From Bdellovibrionales bacterium (GTDB lineage: Bacteria > Bdellovibrionota > Bdellovibrionia > Bdellovibrionales > UBA1609): 64,000 nt of DNA. The stretch lies in contig OZ244719.1 of assembly GCA_965219095.1 (NCBI GenBank), positions 653,613 to 717,612 of the forward strand, read 5' to 3'. This document shows, one piece after another, positions 10,257 through 20,413 of this stretch (position 1 is its first letter; each line of letters opens with the position of its first letter). The notes below the pieces were generated by a model that was not told where the DNA came from, did not search any database, and was given only the letters and a program-made list of their open reading frames with translations. The translations under genes were made by a program, and so were the position numbers.

Positions 10257-10849
10257 AGTTTATTGTTATTTTAGGAGTTATTTTAGGAGGAATAAGCTGT
10301 TCTCATCATAAGTTTCATTTAATAGAAAATAGAAAAATCAATAATAAAGAATATAGTAAGATTATAGCCTCTTATACTCGAAAAGATCGAAAGTACGAAT
10401 TGCCTGATGAAATTTACACTTTTAGGGCTGTTTTTTTGAGTACTGTTGTAAGAAAGGCACAATTGGAGAAACAAAGGTTTTATTTTCAATGGGCTAATGA
10501 TAAGTACAATGAAGAGCTTAAAAAACAAACTAGGAGGGTTAAAAAAAGGTCTGAATTTTTAGTGAGTCTCTACACTCCTAACAGAAATGATTCAAACCTT
10601 CAAAATCAAGTTTCACTTTGGAATTTTTTTCTCCTTTATAAGTCAAAAAGATATAAATTTAAGATTAAAAGATACACTCGAAATTATAACGAAGCACGTT
10701 TCTTGTATCCTAATATGGATCGGTGGAGCAGAAAGTACATAGTGCGTGTAGATATTTCTACTGAAGAGCTAGAAAAGGAGGGGTTTTCTCTTATTTTGTC
10801 AGGAAGAGAGGGACAAAGTATACTTGAATTTAGAGGGAGGGGTAAATAA
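10253..10849 (+). CDS. Hypothetical lipoprotein
   Basis: MKFIVILGVILGGISC signal/lipobox. ATGA overlap with the upstream stop. Confidence 0.7.
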   Translation: MKFIVILGVILGGISCSHHKFHLIENRKINNKEYSKIIASYTRKDRKYELPDEIYTFRAVFLSTVVRKAQLEKQRFYFQWANDKYNEELKKQTRRVKKRSEFLVSLYTPNRNDSNLQNQVSLWNFFLLYKSKRYKFKIKRYTRNYNEARFLYPNMDRWSRKYIVRVDISTEELEKEGFSLILSGREGQSILEFRGRGK

Positions 10850-11269
10850 ATCTTTTGAGGTCATAAGGGTTTTAATTTGACAGAATTAGAGTTTTTAGGA
10901 TGAAAGTCTAGAATGAGCCTGTAAATTAAATTGTGTAACTGAAGGTAATACACTGCAATAGGAATGGTGTCACCTCAAGTGGAAACGACTTAATCACAGT
11001 CCTTATCAACCCATCATGAAAGAATGAAGTTGCAGTCTGACTTGCTGCATCTAAATGTTGTAATAACTAGACAAAGTCAAGTTTTTTCGCAAAAAAGAGA
11101 AGGACAAATAAAGAATTAAGGATAAAAATAAACCTAAACTTTTCTATAGAGCGAGGAAGAAATAGGTTGATAAAAAAGTATAACGAAAACTTAAGTTTTA
11201 AGTTATAGAACTTAAAGAAAAGAAAGGACAGATCTGAAACTATTTCATCATTTTATTTTTTTTAGTTTC

Positions 11270-12619
11270 TTGTGTTGTATCACAACATCTTGCCAAAGCG
11301 TAAACCTCAATTCTCATGGATACATTCGTGACCCTATACGTCGATCCTCTTTAGATCACCTTGAAAGTGAAAGATACAATTATGTTTCTATTGTACAGGG
11401 TTATACTAACGAAGAAAAAACCCATATCTCTATAGTCACAGGCCAAAAAAATCGTTATTTTGTTTATGAAAAAGGAAATTCTCGTACAAGAAGAGAAGTC
11501 AAGCCTTTTAAGACAGTGACCTTTCGTAATTGGAGGATTCTAAAACTTAAAATCTCAGGATTGTCGTTAAAAAAAAGTTACATTTTAGAGGTTATTGATG
11601 AAAATCTTCAGGTTATAGACGAAAGGGTTTTTAAAGCCCTTGATCTTTCTAAGGCTAACCCTACTATTGTTGTAGGCTCTTGTATTCATGATGGAAAGCA
11701 AGTCTTTCAACAAAAAACTCTTTGGTCGAATATTATTTATCATAAACCTGATGTTATTTTTCTTATAGGAGACAATGTATATGTAGATTCCAGTTATCGA
11801 CTCAAACGTATTGCTAAAGAGGCTGTAAATCCTCAACGGATGTTTAAACGTTATATAGAAACAAGACTGCATGTTCCTTTTTACTATAGTCGTACGTTAT
11901 TTCCTACTTTAGCAGTTTGGGATGATCATGATTTTGGAATTAACGATGGTGATAGTTCTTTTCGGTACGCAAAAGAAAGCAAGAGGGTTTTTGAACTTTT
12001 TTGGGCACAAAAGCCTTTAGAAAAAGGGCCTGGGGTTTCCTCTTTGTTTTCAGCTTTTGGACAAAATTTTCTCTTTTTAGATAACCGCTCTTTCAGGAGT
12101 TCTCCTGAAAATCAAATTCAATCCCATTTTGGTGAACTCCAAGAAAAATGGCTTACGAGACAATTACAAAAGCATAAAAAACCATCATGGCTTATTTCTG
12201 GAGGACAATTTTTTGGAGGCGTTTATCCGTGGGAAAGCTATGAGAGAAACCATCCTCAAGCGTTTGTAAAGTTCAAAAACAGGTTAAAGAGATTCTCTCA
12301 ACCTCTTTTGTTTCTTTCCGGAGATAGACATTTTAGTGAAATCATGAGAGTTTTTAAAACAGACATAGCTCAAGAGACTTTTGAAATTACAACAAGCCCC
12401 CTACACAGCTTCCTTTATCCTAACCATTGGAAGACCTACCCTAACCCAAGACAAATAGTAGGAAAAGCCTCTATGATTAATTATACTGTTTTAAAACCTC
12501 GTGTGGAATTTATTAGAAAAGAAGATTTAGGAGGTAATATAAAAGTACAAGTTACAGTTTATGGTGTTGGTAAAAAGATTTTATTTCAAGAAAACTTGAC
12601 AATTTTAGGTAAAATTTAA
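11270..12619 (+). CDS. PhoD-like alkaline phosphatase D family protein (start uncertain)
   Basis: GSC, GDNVY, WDDHD, LDNRSFR and SGDRH motifs. Confidence 0.88.
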   Translation: MCCITTSCQSVNLNSHGYIRDPIRRSSLDHLESERYNYVSIVQGYTNEEKTHISIVTGQKNRYFVYEKGNSRTRREVKPFKTVTFRNWRILKLKISGLSLKKSYILEVIDENLQVIDERVFKALDLSKANPTIVVGSCIHDGKQVFQQKTLWSNIIYHKPDVIFLIGDNVYVDSSYRLKRIAKEAVNPQRMFKRYIETRLHVPFYYSRTLFPTLAVWDDHDFGINDGDSSFRYAKESKRVFELFWAQKPLEKGPGVSSLFSAFGQNFLFLDNRSFRSSPENQIQSHFGELQEKWLTRQLQKHKKPSWLISGGQFFGGVYPWESYERNHPQAFVKFKNRLKRFSQPLLFLSGDRHFSEIMRVFKTDIAQETFEITTSPLHSFLYPNHWKTYPNPRQIVGKASMINYTVLKPRVEFIRKEDLGGNIKVQVTVYGVGKKILFQENLTILGKI

Positions 12620-12620
12620 A

Positions 12621-13010
12621 ATGAGTGGCATTTTTCAAAAAATTATTGATGGCAAACTTCCTTCTTATAAGATCTTTGAAGATGAGTGGACTTATTCTTT
12701 TTTAAGCAATCGTCCTATAAAAAAAGGGCATACTCTTGTGATTCCCAAAATAGAGATGGATTATTTTCCTGATGTTCCTGAGCCTTATTACTCTAAAGTT
12801 TTTGAAAATGCTAAAATCATAGCGAAAGCTTTAAAAAAAGCCACACAGTGTAAAAGAGTATCGACAGCCATTTTAGGTTATGAGATTCCACACTTTCATT
12901 ATCATCTCGTTCCTACATGGAGTCTTTTTGACTTAGATTTTACAAAAGCTAAAGGGGATACAGAAGCCTCTTTTCTAGAGGTTCAAAAGAAAATAAAATC
13001 TTTTTTATAG
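12621..13010 (+). CDS. HIT family protein
   Basis: IFQKII N-terminus, GHTLVIPK, HFHYH histidine triad. Confidence 0.93.
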   Translation: MSGIFQKIIDGKLPSYKIFEDEWTYSFLSNRPIKKGHTLVIPKIEMDYFPDVPEPYYSKVFENAKIIAKALKKATQCKRVSTAILGYEIPHFHYHLVPTWSLFDLDFTKAKGDTEASFLEVQKKIKSFL

Positions 13011-13239
13011 TGTCTTTGGTTATAAATTTTAAGGTATCTATTTTTTTGTTATTCTACGGCTTTGTTGCAGGCTAAGCCTCTAAGCTTAACTAAGGTCTAG
13101 CAATTCATTGATAAACACAAGATGCTTTCCTGTAACCTAAGACCCTTAGAAATAAAAAACAAGTATGGTTTGGAGGTTTTATGGGAAAATGTCTCAAAAA
13201 GATCGATTGGAGAAAATATAAAAAGAGATCATTAAGCAA

Positions 13240-13560
13240 CTTGGAGTGGTTTAAATTTATTTTTAGATAATGAGAAAATTCCTATGACAAACAATGAGGC
13301 AGAAAGAACGATTCGACATTCTGTGATGGGAAGAAAGAACTTTCATGGGTCAAGGACTCAGAGAGGGTCTGAAACAGCAATAACGCTTTACATTATTGTG
13401 GAAAGTTGTAAGAAGGTGGAATTGGATCCTAAGGACTATGTTTTAATGACTGTGGAAAACTCCCTCGATAAAATACCTGTTAAAACGCCTCTTGAGTATA
13501 CAAGAGAGTTTCGTTCTTAAAAGAATAAAACACAAAGAAAATCAAAATACAAAAAAAAAC
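13240..13560 (+). pseudogene. IS66 TnpC C-terminal remnant; element end resumes at 18288-18434
   Basis: TNNEAERTIRHSVMGRKN motif. The sequence continues after the inserted IS at 18288 and ends AACCGACTTAC at 18434, collinear with the uninterrupted copy at 33073-33518. Confidence 0.85.
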
Positions 13561-14790
13561 GTAACTGCTCACCCCTTTAAGTTTTTATTTAAAGCCATAG
13601 AGATGGCTTCTAAAGAAGAATACCCTCTATTTCTCATTGTTTTAACATAGCTGGTAATGCGACAAAAATATTTCGCCATTTCTTCTGTTCTGAAACACCC
13701 TGACACTTTCTTTTTCACCTTAGTCATTCTTAGATTTCTTTCAGCTCTGTTATTAGTAGGATCTACGTTCTTTCTTTTAGCAAAACACAGTATTTCTGCT
13801 TCATACTTTTTAAATCGCAGCCAAAGGTTTTGAGCTTGTGTATGCTTTATTCGTCCTTTCTTGCCATTTTTCTTAGGAAATTCTGGAAGCTCTTTTAAGC
13901 CTTTTGTAAGAATACTCCTATACCTTCCTGAAATCTGTTAATTTTGGTACTAGGTTTCAGGACTAAGAGCCTGTTTTTTTCAACAGAATACTCATGATAA
14001 ATCATAAGAACGAGTTAATTTAGTCTCATTGAGTTTTTCTGGAGAACTTATAACACACTGTTTTTATAGGTTTTTTTAAAGCTATGTTTTTCATAGGCTC
14101 TATTTTTGGATTGAAATTTGATTCTGTCGTTAAGAGTTTTGAGCCATCAATAGGGAGTTGACAAAGCCCCTAAAACATAGTTCAAATTGAACTATGTCTT
14201 ATAGGTATGAAGAGAAAAGAAATGGAAGCATCTATGTATATGAGATAAGCAGCTACTGGGACAAAGAAAAAAAACAATCTCGTCAGAGAAGAGTTTATTT
14301 GGGCAAGAAGAATCAATCTACGGGGAGGCTTGAAGCCAAGTTGAACAAACATCCTATAGGTTCTGTAGGTGTTGGGGGGGGGTGCATCTTTTGCGAGAGA
14401 TCAGCAAGCAATTAAATTTAGTGAAGGTGTTAAAGAAAGTTTTTCCGAAAGAATATGAGAAGGTTCTTTATTTGTCTTTTTTTAAAGTAATTAGGGGGGA
14501 AGCTTATTATCTTTATCCGTATTGGTGTCAAGAATCTTTTGTTTCTTCCAAGAATTGTCTTAATTCACCGGACATAAGTAATTTTCTTTTATCTATAGGT
14601 TTAGACGAGCAGAGAGTGGAGAGATTTTTTATGGAGTGGATTGGTGTACACAGAGAAAGCTCCAGAGTTTTTATGTTTGATATTACATCTATATCTTCTT
14701 ATGGTGTTGAGAATGAGTTTTTAGAAAGGGGTTATAATCGAGATGGTGAGTCTTTGGATCATGATCTTCCCCCAAAAAAGTGGACAGTTT

Positions 14791-15657
14791 TTATGTTCTT
14801 AAAGCCCTCCTTTGTTTAAATTCTTTTGGGCTCATGTATTTCAAGGAAGAATGCATTCTTACCTTGTTATACCAATCCATGTAAATTGCAATTTTTTTCT
14901 CCAACTCTTCCTTCGTTGTACAGTCTTTGTATTCCAGTTCATCCTTCAACGTATGGAAAAAGCTCTCCACAAACGCATTATCATAACAATTTCCTTTCCT
15001 AGACATAGATTGCTTGAGGCCAAAGAATTTCAATTCTTTTCTAAACCCTTCACAACAATATTGAACCCCTTGATCCGAGTGGATTATCAAGCCCTCTAAG
15101 TTCCCAGAAACAGATTGGACTGCGGCTCTCAGAGCCTGTTTTGAATGAACCCCGTCCAAGCTCTCACAGAGCTTCCAAGACTTAATCTCTCGATTATAGA
15201 CATCTAAAAATACAACCAAATACAGAAATTTATCTCTAAAAGGAATATAGGTTAAATCCGAACACCATACCTGGTTTTCTTTTCCTGCTTGGCTCTGTCC
15301 TGTCTTAAACAACCGAGGAGACTTAATCATGAGAGGGTTATTCTTTGTTGTTCTAGGAACATAGGGTTTTTTCTGACGGGCACTGAGATTCTTTAGTTTC
15401 ATAATTCGAGCTACTTTGTTTTCTCCAGCACTCACTCCGCAACGCTTTAATTCCCTATACACCCTGGGGGAACCATAACAGCCTTTATTTTTTTTAAAAA
15501 TAGATTCTATGTTTTTCTCCAGATTTTTATCCTTTTCAAGCTTTCCCCTGGTTTTTAAAAAACTATAAAAACCAGAACGAGATCCTCTTAATAATTCGCA
15601 GATGCGAAGCACTGGATGCCCTTTCTCTTTTACATAAAACATAGCCTTAAATCTCAT
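14791..15657 (-). CDS. IS3 transposase OrfB (DDE)
   Basis: YGSPRV, WCSDLTY, HSDQGVQY and CYDNAFVESFFHTLK motifs. Confidence 0.95.
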   Translation of the reverse strand: MRFKAMFYVKEKGHPVLRICELLRGSRSGFYSFLKTRGKLEKDKNLEKNIESIFKKNKGCYGSPRVYRELKRCGVSAGENKVARIMKLKNLSARQKKPYVPRTTKNNPLMIKSPRLFKTGQSQAGKENQVWCSDLTYIPFRDKFLYLVVFLDVYNREIKSWKLCESLDGVHSKQALRAAVQSVSGNLEGLIIHSDQGVQYCCEGFRKELKFFGLKQSMSRKGNCYDNAFVESFFHTLKDELEYKDCTTKEELEKKIAIYMDWYNKVRMHSSLKYMSPKEFKQRRALRT

Positions 15658-15959
15658 TTCAGGATTTCCTTTGAAAAAAAAGCCGCTGCCTCTTTCAATA
15701 TACCTACACTCCGCCTCTCATAGACCAGCTCCTTTTTTAACCTCTTTATTTCCTCCAATGCCGAAGCCAAGTCATGGGAAGCTTGTCTTTCTACTTCAGG
15801 CTTTAGAAAACGCTTCCAAGAGCTTATCACTTGGAAATTTCTCAGTCCTAGCTTCTCTGAGGCTTCCTTTGCACCTATTTCCTCTGCCAATTCAATGGCT
15901 TGCTTTTTAAACTCTTCCGAGTACTGTTTTACTTTTTCCATTCTTTCTTTTACCTCCAT
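15654..15959 (-). CDS. IS3 transposase OrfA (HTH)
   Basis: YSEEFKKQAI and ILKEAAAFF. ATGA overlap with orfB. Confidence 0.92.
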   Translation of the reverse strand: MEVKERMEKVKQYSEEFKKQAIELAEEIGAKEASEKLGLRNFQVISSWKRFLKPEVERQASHDLASALEEIKRLKKELVYERRSVGILKEAAAFFSKEILK

Positions 15960-18678
15960 TTTATGGAGACTTTAAGAGAAAATTGACTGTCCGCAAAAAC
16001 AGGGGAAGTTCATCAAGTCAATTTAGGAGTTTTAAGTCAGAGCAAGGAAGGTTTAGGCAAAGGAAGTTCAAGCCTTCCTTTGGGTTATCGATTGTATCCG
16101 GGCAGTATTACTGATGTTGTGTCATTAAGGAGCGTGTTACAGTTAGCCAAGGAATACGATTTAGATTTGAAGTGTTTTGTTTTAGATAAAGGGTTTTACA
16201 GCCAAGAAAACATAAAAGATTTAAACAGGGAGGCTTCATCGTACATCGTCCCTATGAGCTTTAGTACGAGTCTATCCCATGCTTTATTGGGATCTGTGAG
16301 TAAGGAGCTTGATTCAATTCCCTCTTCGTTTGTATTCCGTGGTCAAGTTTATTCTTACTGCAGACGAGAAATTAAAATTGGAAAGACTCGTTGTATGGCT
16401 CATATATATTTGGATGAAAAGAGAAGGGTGTCTAAAAAAAATGAAATGCTATTGAAGTTGGATTATTTTGAGCGAAGATTTTCTAAGAAGAAGTTTAGGA
16501 CAAAGAAAGAGTGCGATGAGTGCATAGCAGAAACCTTAAAGAGTGCCAAGAAGCGCTTTACAGTTGTCAAGAAAAAGGGAGGTTTTTTTATTTTGAGAGA
16601 TTTGGATTATATTAAAAAGCAGATGCGAAAAATGGGTGTGTTGATTTTACTTACCGATTGCGATCAAAAGCTTTCAAAAGATGAGATCTTAGAGTTGTAT
16701 AGAAACAAAGATAGCATTGAAAAGATTTTTTTGTCTTTCAAGCATGATATAAATGAAAAGCGAACGAGGACTCATTCGCTACAAACCATGAGAGGAAGTT
16801 TATTTATTAACTTTATAGCTTTAATTTTAATCTCTCACATAAATAATGTGATGAAAGAAAAGAATCTGTACAAGAAATTTTCAAAAACAGAGGTCTATAA
16901 AATTTTAGATAAATTAAAGTTCTATAAATTGGCCACAGGACAAACAAGATTAGGAGAGTTGTCCGGTAAGCAAAAGAGCCTTTATAAAGCTTTTAATGTG
17001 ACTCGGGAAATCCCACACAGCTTTAAGTTGTAAAATCCCCTCCGACTAATGCGACGCATTACGAGGGCCGAATAAAAACCTAGTACCAAAATTAACAGAA
17101 TTCAGGATACCTTCTCTGAAGAGTTTCGTACTCTTTTTGAGTCAGAACTCTTGACTCTTTTTTATGAACTAACTCCACAGTCTCTTTAAGAAGTTTTTTG
17201 AGATTTGTAGCCCATTTGAATCCATTGCTTTCTTCTATAAATTTAAGCTCTCTCAAAAGGTGAGCCACACACAAAGCATGAGTTATCTTATCATAACAAA
17301 AGTAAGGACTCCAACAATCATGCACAAGCACTCCTCCATATCTATCCAAGAGACCAATATCTTTTATGGCTTCCCTTCCACCTGAAAGGTGGAGAAACTG
17401 CAAGACTAATTCTCCTGAACTATAAGTATGAATCCAGTAGTTTTTACCCTTAACCCTCATAGAGGTCTCATCAACATGAATGACCTCTGATTCAAGTATC
17501 TTTTCTTTCATCTGCTCTTCCCAACTTTTAAGAAACTCTCCTAATTCAGCAATGTATCTCAACATAACTGCAGGAGAAATCATTCGACCTATAAGCCCCA
17601 TGTAATGTTCCCCAACACGTTGAAAAGACAGCATCTGAACTATAATGAAATTGATGATGGAAGCTCTAATGCCTATACCATACTGAAGAGGACCACTCAT
17701 ACCTTTAGGGAATTGACCTTTATTTCTAGCTCCACATGAGGGACAATCCTTAACTTCAGAAGTTACAGTATGGGTCTGAATTTCATAAAAAATATCAATC
17801 TTTTTACGCTTCTCAAGGCTTTTTACCTCTGCTGTCTTTAAAAACATCCCACACTGAGAACACTCTGAGGGAGAGACAGTCTCCTCACTGTTTGTATCTT
17901 TACTGTTATCAAGTCTAGAGCCCTTTTTCTGACTCCCACTAGCTTTCTTATTACGATTCCCTTGACGACTAAAATCTTGCGAAGGAGGAAGACCGCTGTT
18001 GCTGGAATTTTTTCGAACCTGTTTTTCTAAAAGCACAGCAATCAGAATGTTCACAACCTTAAAGAGAGATTCAAAAACCACAGAAATCTCAGTAGGCACA
18101 GAACCTTTCTTTGCAAACTTATCAAAGTCACTTCTTATATTTTCAATCTCATTTCTGATGGAGGTCTTATTTATTGTCATTTGAAAAAAGTATTTAAAAG
18201 AAAATCTGTAAGAGCAAGACTTTTATCTTAAAACAGGTCTAAAGTTAGGGATAACTGAACAATGTAGGTGAGCAGTTACAAAAAAACTAGAAATCATTCA
18301 CAAGAACTTCTCTATATTTTTGTAATAGGGAAGACCTTAGGAAAATGTACAATAAGATCAATAAAAACTTCTCCTTTAAAATCTAAGAAACATCCTCCTC
18401 GTAGGAATCAAGGGCTGTTAAAAAACCGACTTACTCTTAAAATACTTATTTAAAAAAGATAAAGGAGGGAAGAGATGTTTTTAAAGACTATCCTAAATAA
18501 CTGATTGCATTTCAAAACCCACACATAGAGAGGAGGGTCAGAGTTTTTGTCAAAATGTTTTGATAACATAGAGTCCTATGTAAACAATATTTTTTATGGA
18601 AGCCTTGTTATCAAAAAAAGAGCTTTGTTGCACGCTGAGCCTTCAGTAACAAGAAGAATGGGGTTAAAAACAACTCCA

Positions 18679-19497
18679 TTAAAAGAGAATTGTTTGTTTT
18701 GATTTTCTTAAATTATAAGATAAAGTTTGAAGAGCTAGGATGATTAGGAATAAAAGGAAGGCTGGAAAAAGTATTACATAGAAAGAGCCTGTATAGAAAT
18801 GACCCCAACCATCACTCATAAGAACTCCTAAACTGGCTTCAGGAGGTTCAAATCCTAAACCTATAAAGCTTAAAAAACTTTCAAATAAAATGTGTGCTGG
18901 CAATTGAAAAATAAACAAAGCCCATAAAAGGGATTTCAAATTAGGGGCAAGATGAAAAAAGATGATTCTAAAGTTGTTAGCCCCTAAGGCTTTAGCCGAT
19001 TCTATAAAGCTCATCTCTTTCATTTGAAGCACTTGTCCTCTCATCACTCTAGCCGTAGTCCTCCATCCTATTAAACTTAAAGTGATACAAAGAATAAAAT
19101 AACTGTTTACTTGTCCTTCATACATATTTTCTAAAATCACCTTAAATAAAAGTAAAAGCACAAGAGTCGGTAGAGAAGAAAAAAACTCTACTCCTCTCAT
19201 TAAAATCTCATCCCATCTGCCCCCCATCCATCCTGAAAAAATACCATAGAAAAAACCTATCAAAACTGCTAAAAGGCTACTTATAAAGCCTAGTGAAAAA
19301 GAAAGGCGACTAGCATAAAATGTTCTGGACAAAACATCTCTTCCTAAATCATCAGTACCCATAAGATGAAGCCAACTTGGTGCTTCTAAGACTTTATCTA
19401 TATTTTGCTCATTAGAAGAATAAGGAGCCCATAGATCGACTGTTAAGCATAGAAGAAAAAAAATAACTAAAAACCAAAAACTTTTTTTATACCTCAT
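18679..19497 (-). CDS. oppC: Oligopeptide ABC transporter permease, OppC/DppC type
   Basis: HLMGTDDLGRDVLSR, EAA-like FIESAKALGA, multiple TM segments. Confidence 0.9.
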   Translation of the reverse strand: MRYKKSFWFLVIFFLLCLTVDLWAPYSSNEQNIDKVLEAPSWLHLMGTDDLGRDVLSRTFYASRLSFSLGFISSLLAVLIGFFYGIFSGWMGGRWDEILMRGVEFFSSLPTLVLLLLFKVILENMYEGQVNSYFILCITLSLIGWRTTARVMRGQVLQMKEMSFIESAKALGANNFRIIFFHLAPNLKSLLWALFIFQLPAHILFESFLSFIGLGFEPPEASLGVLMSDGWGHFYTGSFYVILFPAFLLFLIILALQTLSYNLRKSKQTILF

Positions 19498-20407
19498 ACT
19501 TTATCCTAGGGTCTAAGAGCAAATAGGAAAGATCAATTAAGTAGTTTACAAAACAAAGTATAAAAGAAAAAATAAATACACAAGCTAAGATTAAAGGATA
19601 ATCACGAGTGAAAATACTCAAGGTCATTTGAGAGCCTAGACCAGGTATAGCAAAAATTTTTTCTACAACAAATGAGCCTGTTAAAATGCCTGAAAAAAGA
19701 GAGCCTGAGTAGCTTAAGACCGGCAAGATGGCGTTTCTAAGAATATGTTTAAAAAGAACTTGAGTCACAGAAAGACCTTTTGAAAAGGCTGTTTGAACAT
19801 AAGGTTCTTTTATCTGATCCACAAAATTAAAATAAGTCAATTGAGCTATAAAAGCCATAGGTCTTAAGGACAAGCACATCACAGGTAAAATAAAATGAGA
19901 AGGTGTACCCCAAAGAGCTACAGGAAGCCATTTGAGTTGAAGGCTGAACAATAAGATAGCAAAAGCAGCCACTAAAAAGTTGGGTAAAGAAGCTCCTAGA
20001 ACACAAAAAAAGACCACAAACTTTTCAGGCCATTTGTTATGATATAAAAAACCTATAAACCCTAAAAAAATACCTAAAGAGTAACAAACCAAAAGAGTAA
20101 CAAATCCTAGCTTTAAACTCTCAGTAAAAGATTCTTTTAAAATTGCACCCACGTCATAACCTTGATGGAAATAAGATTTTCCAAAATGTCCCTTCAATAA
20201 AGATAGGAAATAGTGCTGATATTGTACCCATAAAGTTTCATCCAATTGATATTGAATCTCTAATTGTTTTTTAACAACTTGATCCAAAGGCCTTTCTTCT
20301 TCAAAAGCAGATCCTGGAAGATATCTTAAAAGAAAAAAGTTGGCTGTTAAAATAAGCCAAAGAATGAAAATAAAGCTGAGGGTTCTTTTAAAAAGATAAT
20401 TTAACAT
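19487..20407 (-). CDS. oppB: Oligopeptide ABC transporter permease, OppB/DppB type
   Basis: YVQTAFSKGL, KHILRNA, EKIFAIPGLG, RDYPLI and LDPRI motifs. Confidence 0.92.
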   Translation of the reverse strand: MLNYLFKRTLSFIFILWLILTANFFLLRYLPGSAFEEERPLDQVVKKQLEIQYQLDETLWVQYQHYFLSLLKGHFGKSYFHQGYDVGAILKESFTESLKLGFVTLLVCYSLGIFLGFIGFLYHNKWPEKFVVFFCVLGASLPNFLVAAFAILLFSLQLKWLPVALWGTPSHFILPVMCLSLRPMAFIAQLTYFNFVDQIKEPYVQTAFSKGLSVTQVLFKHILRNAILPVLSYSGSLFSGILTGSFVVEKIFAIPGLGSQMTLSIFTRDYPLILACVFIFSFILCFVNYLIDLSYLLLDPRIKYEV

Positions 20408-20413
20408 TCATCA

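Larger units (their letters stand above)
14762..16012 (-). mobile_element. IS3-family element, copy 1 (intact)
   Basis: TG...CA ends with imperfect TIR TGA(T/A)CTTCCCC. 3-bp TSD TCA. orfA/orfB pair. Confidence 0.93.
14194..17033 (+). pseudogene. IS1634 transposase (frameshift at G9 run 14374-14382; IS3 insertion)
   Basis: YWDKEKKQSRQ, FDITSISSY, GYNRDGESLD|QVNLG, DKGFYS and YRNKDSIEKIF motifs. Confidence 0.85.
13927..17106 (+). mobile_element. IS1634-family element, interrupted by IS3
   Basis: TIR CCTGAA(A/T)TCTGTTAATTTTGGTACTAGGTTT. 7-bp TSD ATACCTT (13920-13926, 17107-17113). Confidence 0.88.
13569..18180 (-). pseudogene. IS66 transposase split into 18180-17107 and 13919-13569
   Basis: NSSNSGLPPS, CxxC pairs, HVDET and HALCVAHLLREL motifs. 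The frame rejoins as LQRRY|RSILTKG once the insert is removed. Confidence 0.88.
13561..18279 (-). mobile_element. Single-ORF IS66-family element (ISBst12-like), interrupted by IS1634
   Basis: TIR GTAACTGCTCACC at both ends. 8-bp TSD AAAAAAAC (13553-13560, 18280-18287). Confidence 0.9.

Noticed and set aside
10860..11260. Long intergenic region as tRNA, tmRNA, SRP RNA or riboswitch
   Set aside because: I recognised no cloverleaf or hallmark motifs, and it contains a dispersed repeat. An Rfam scan would be needed.
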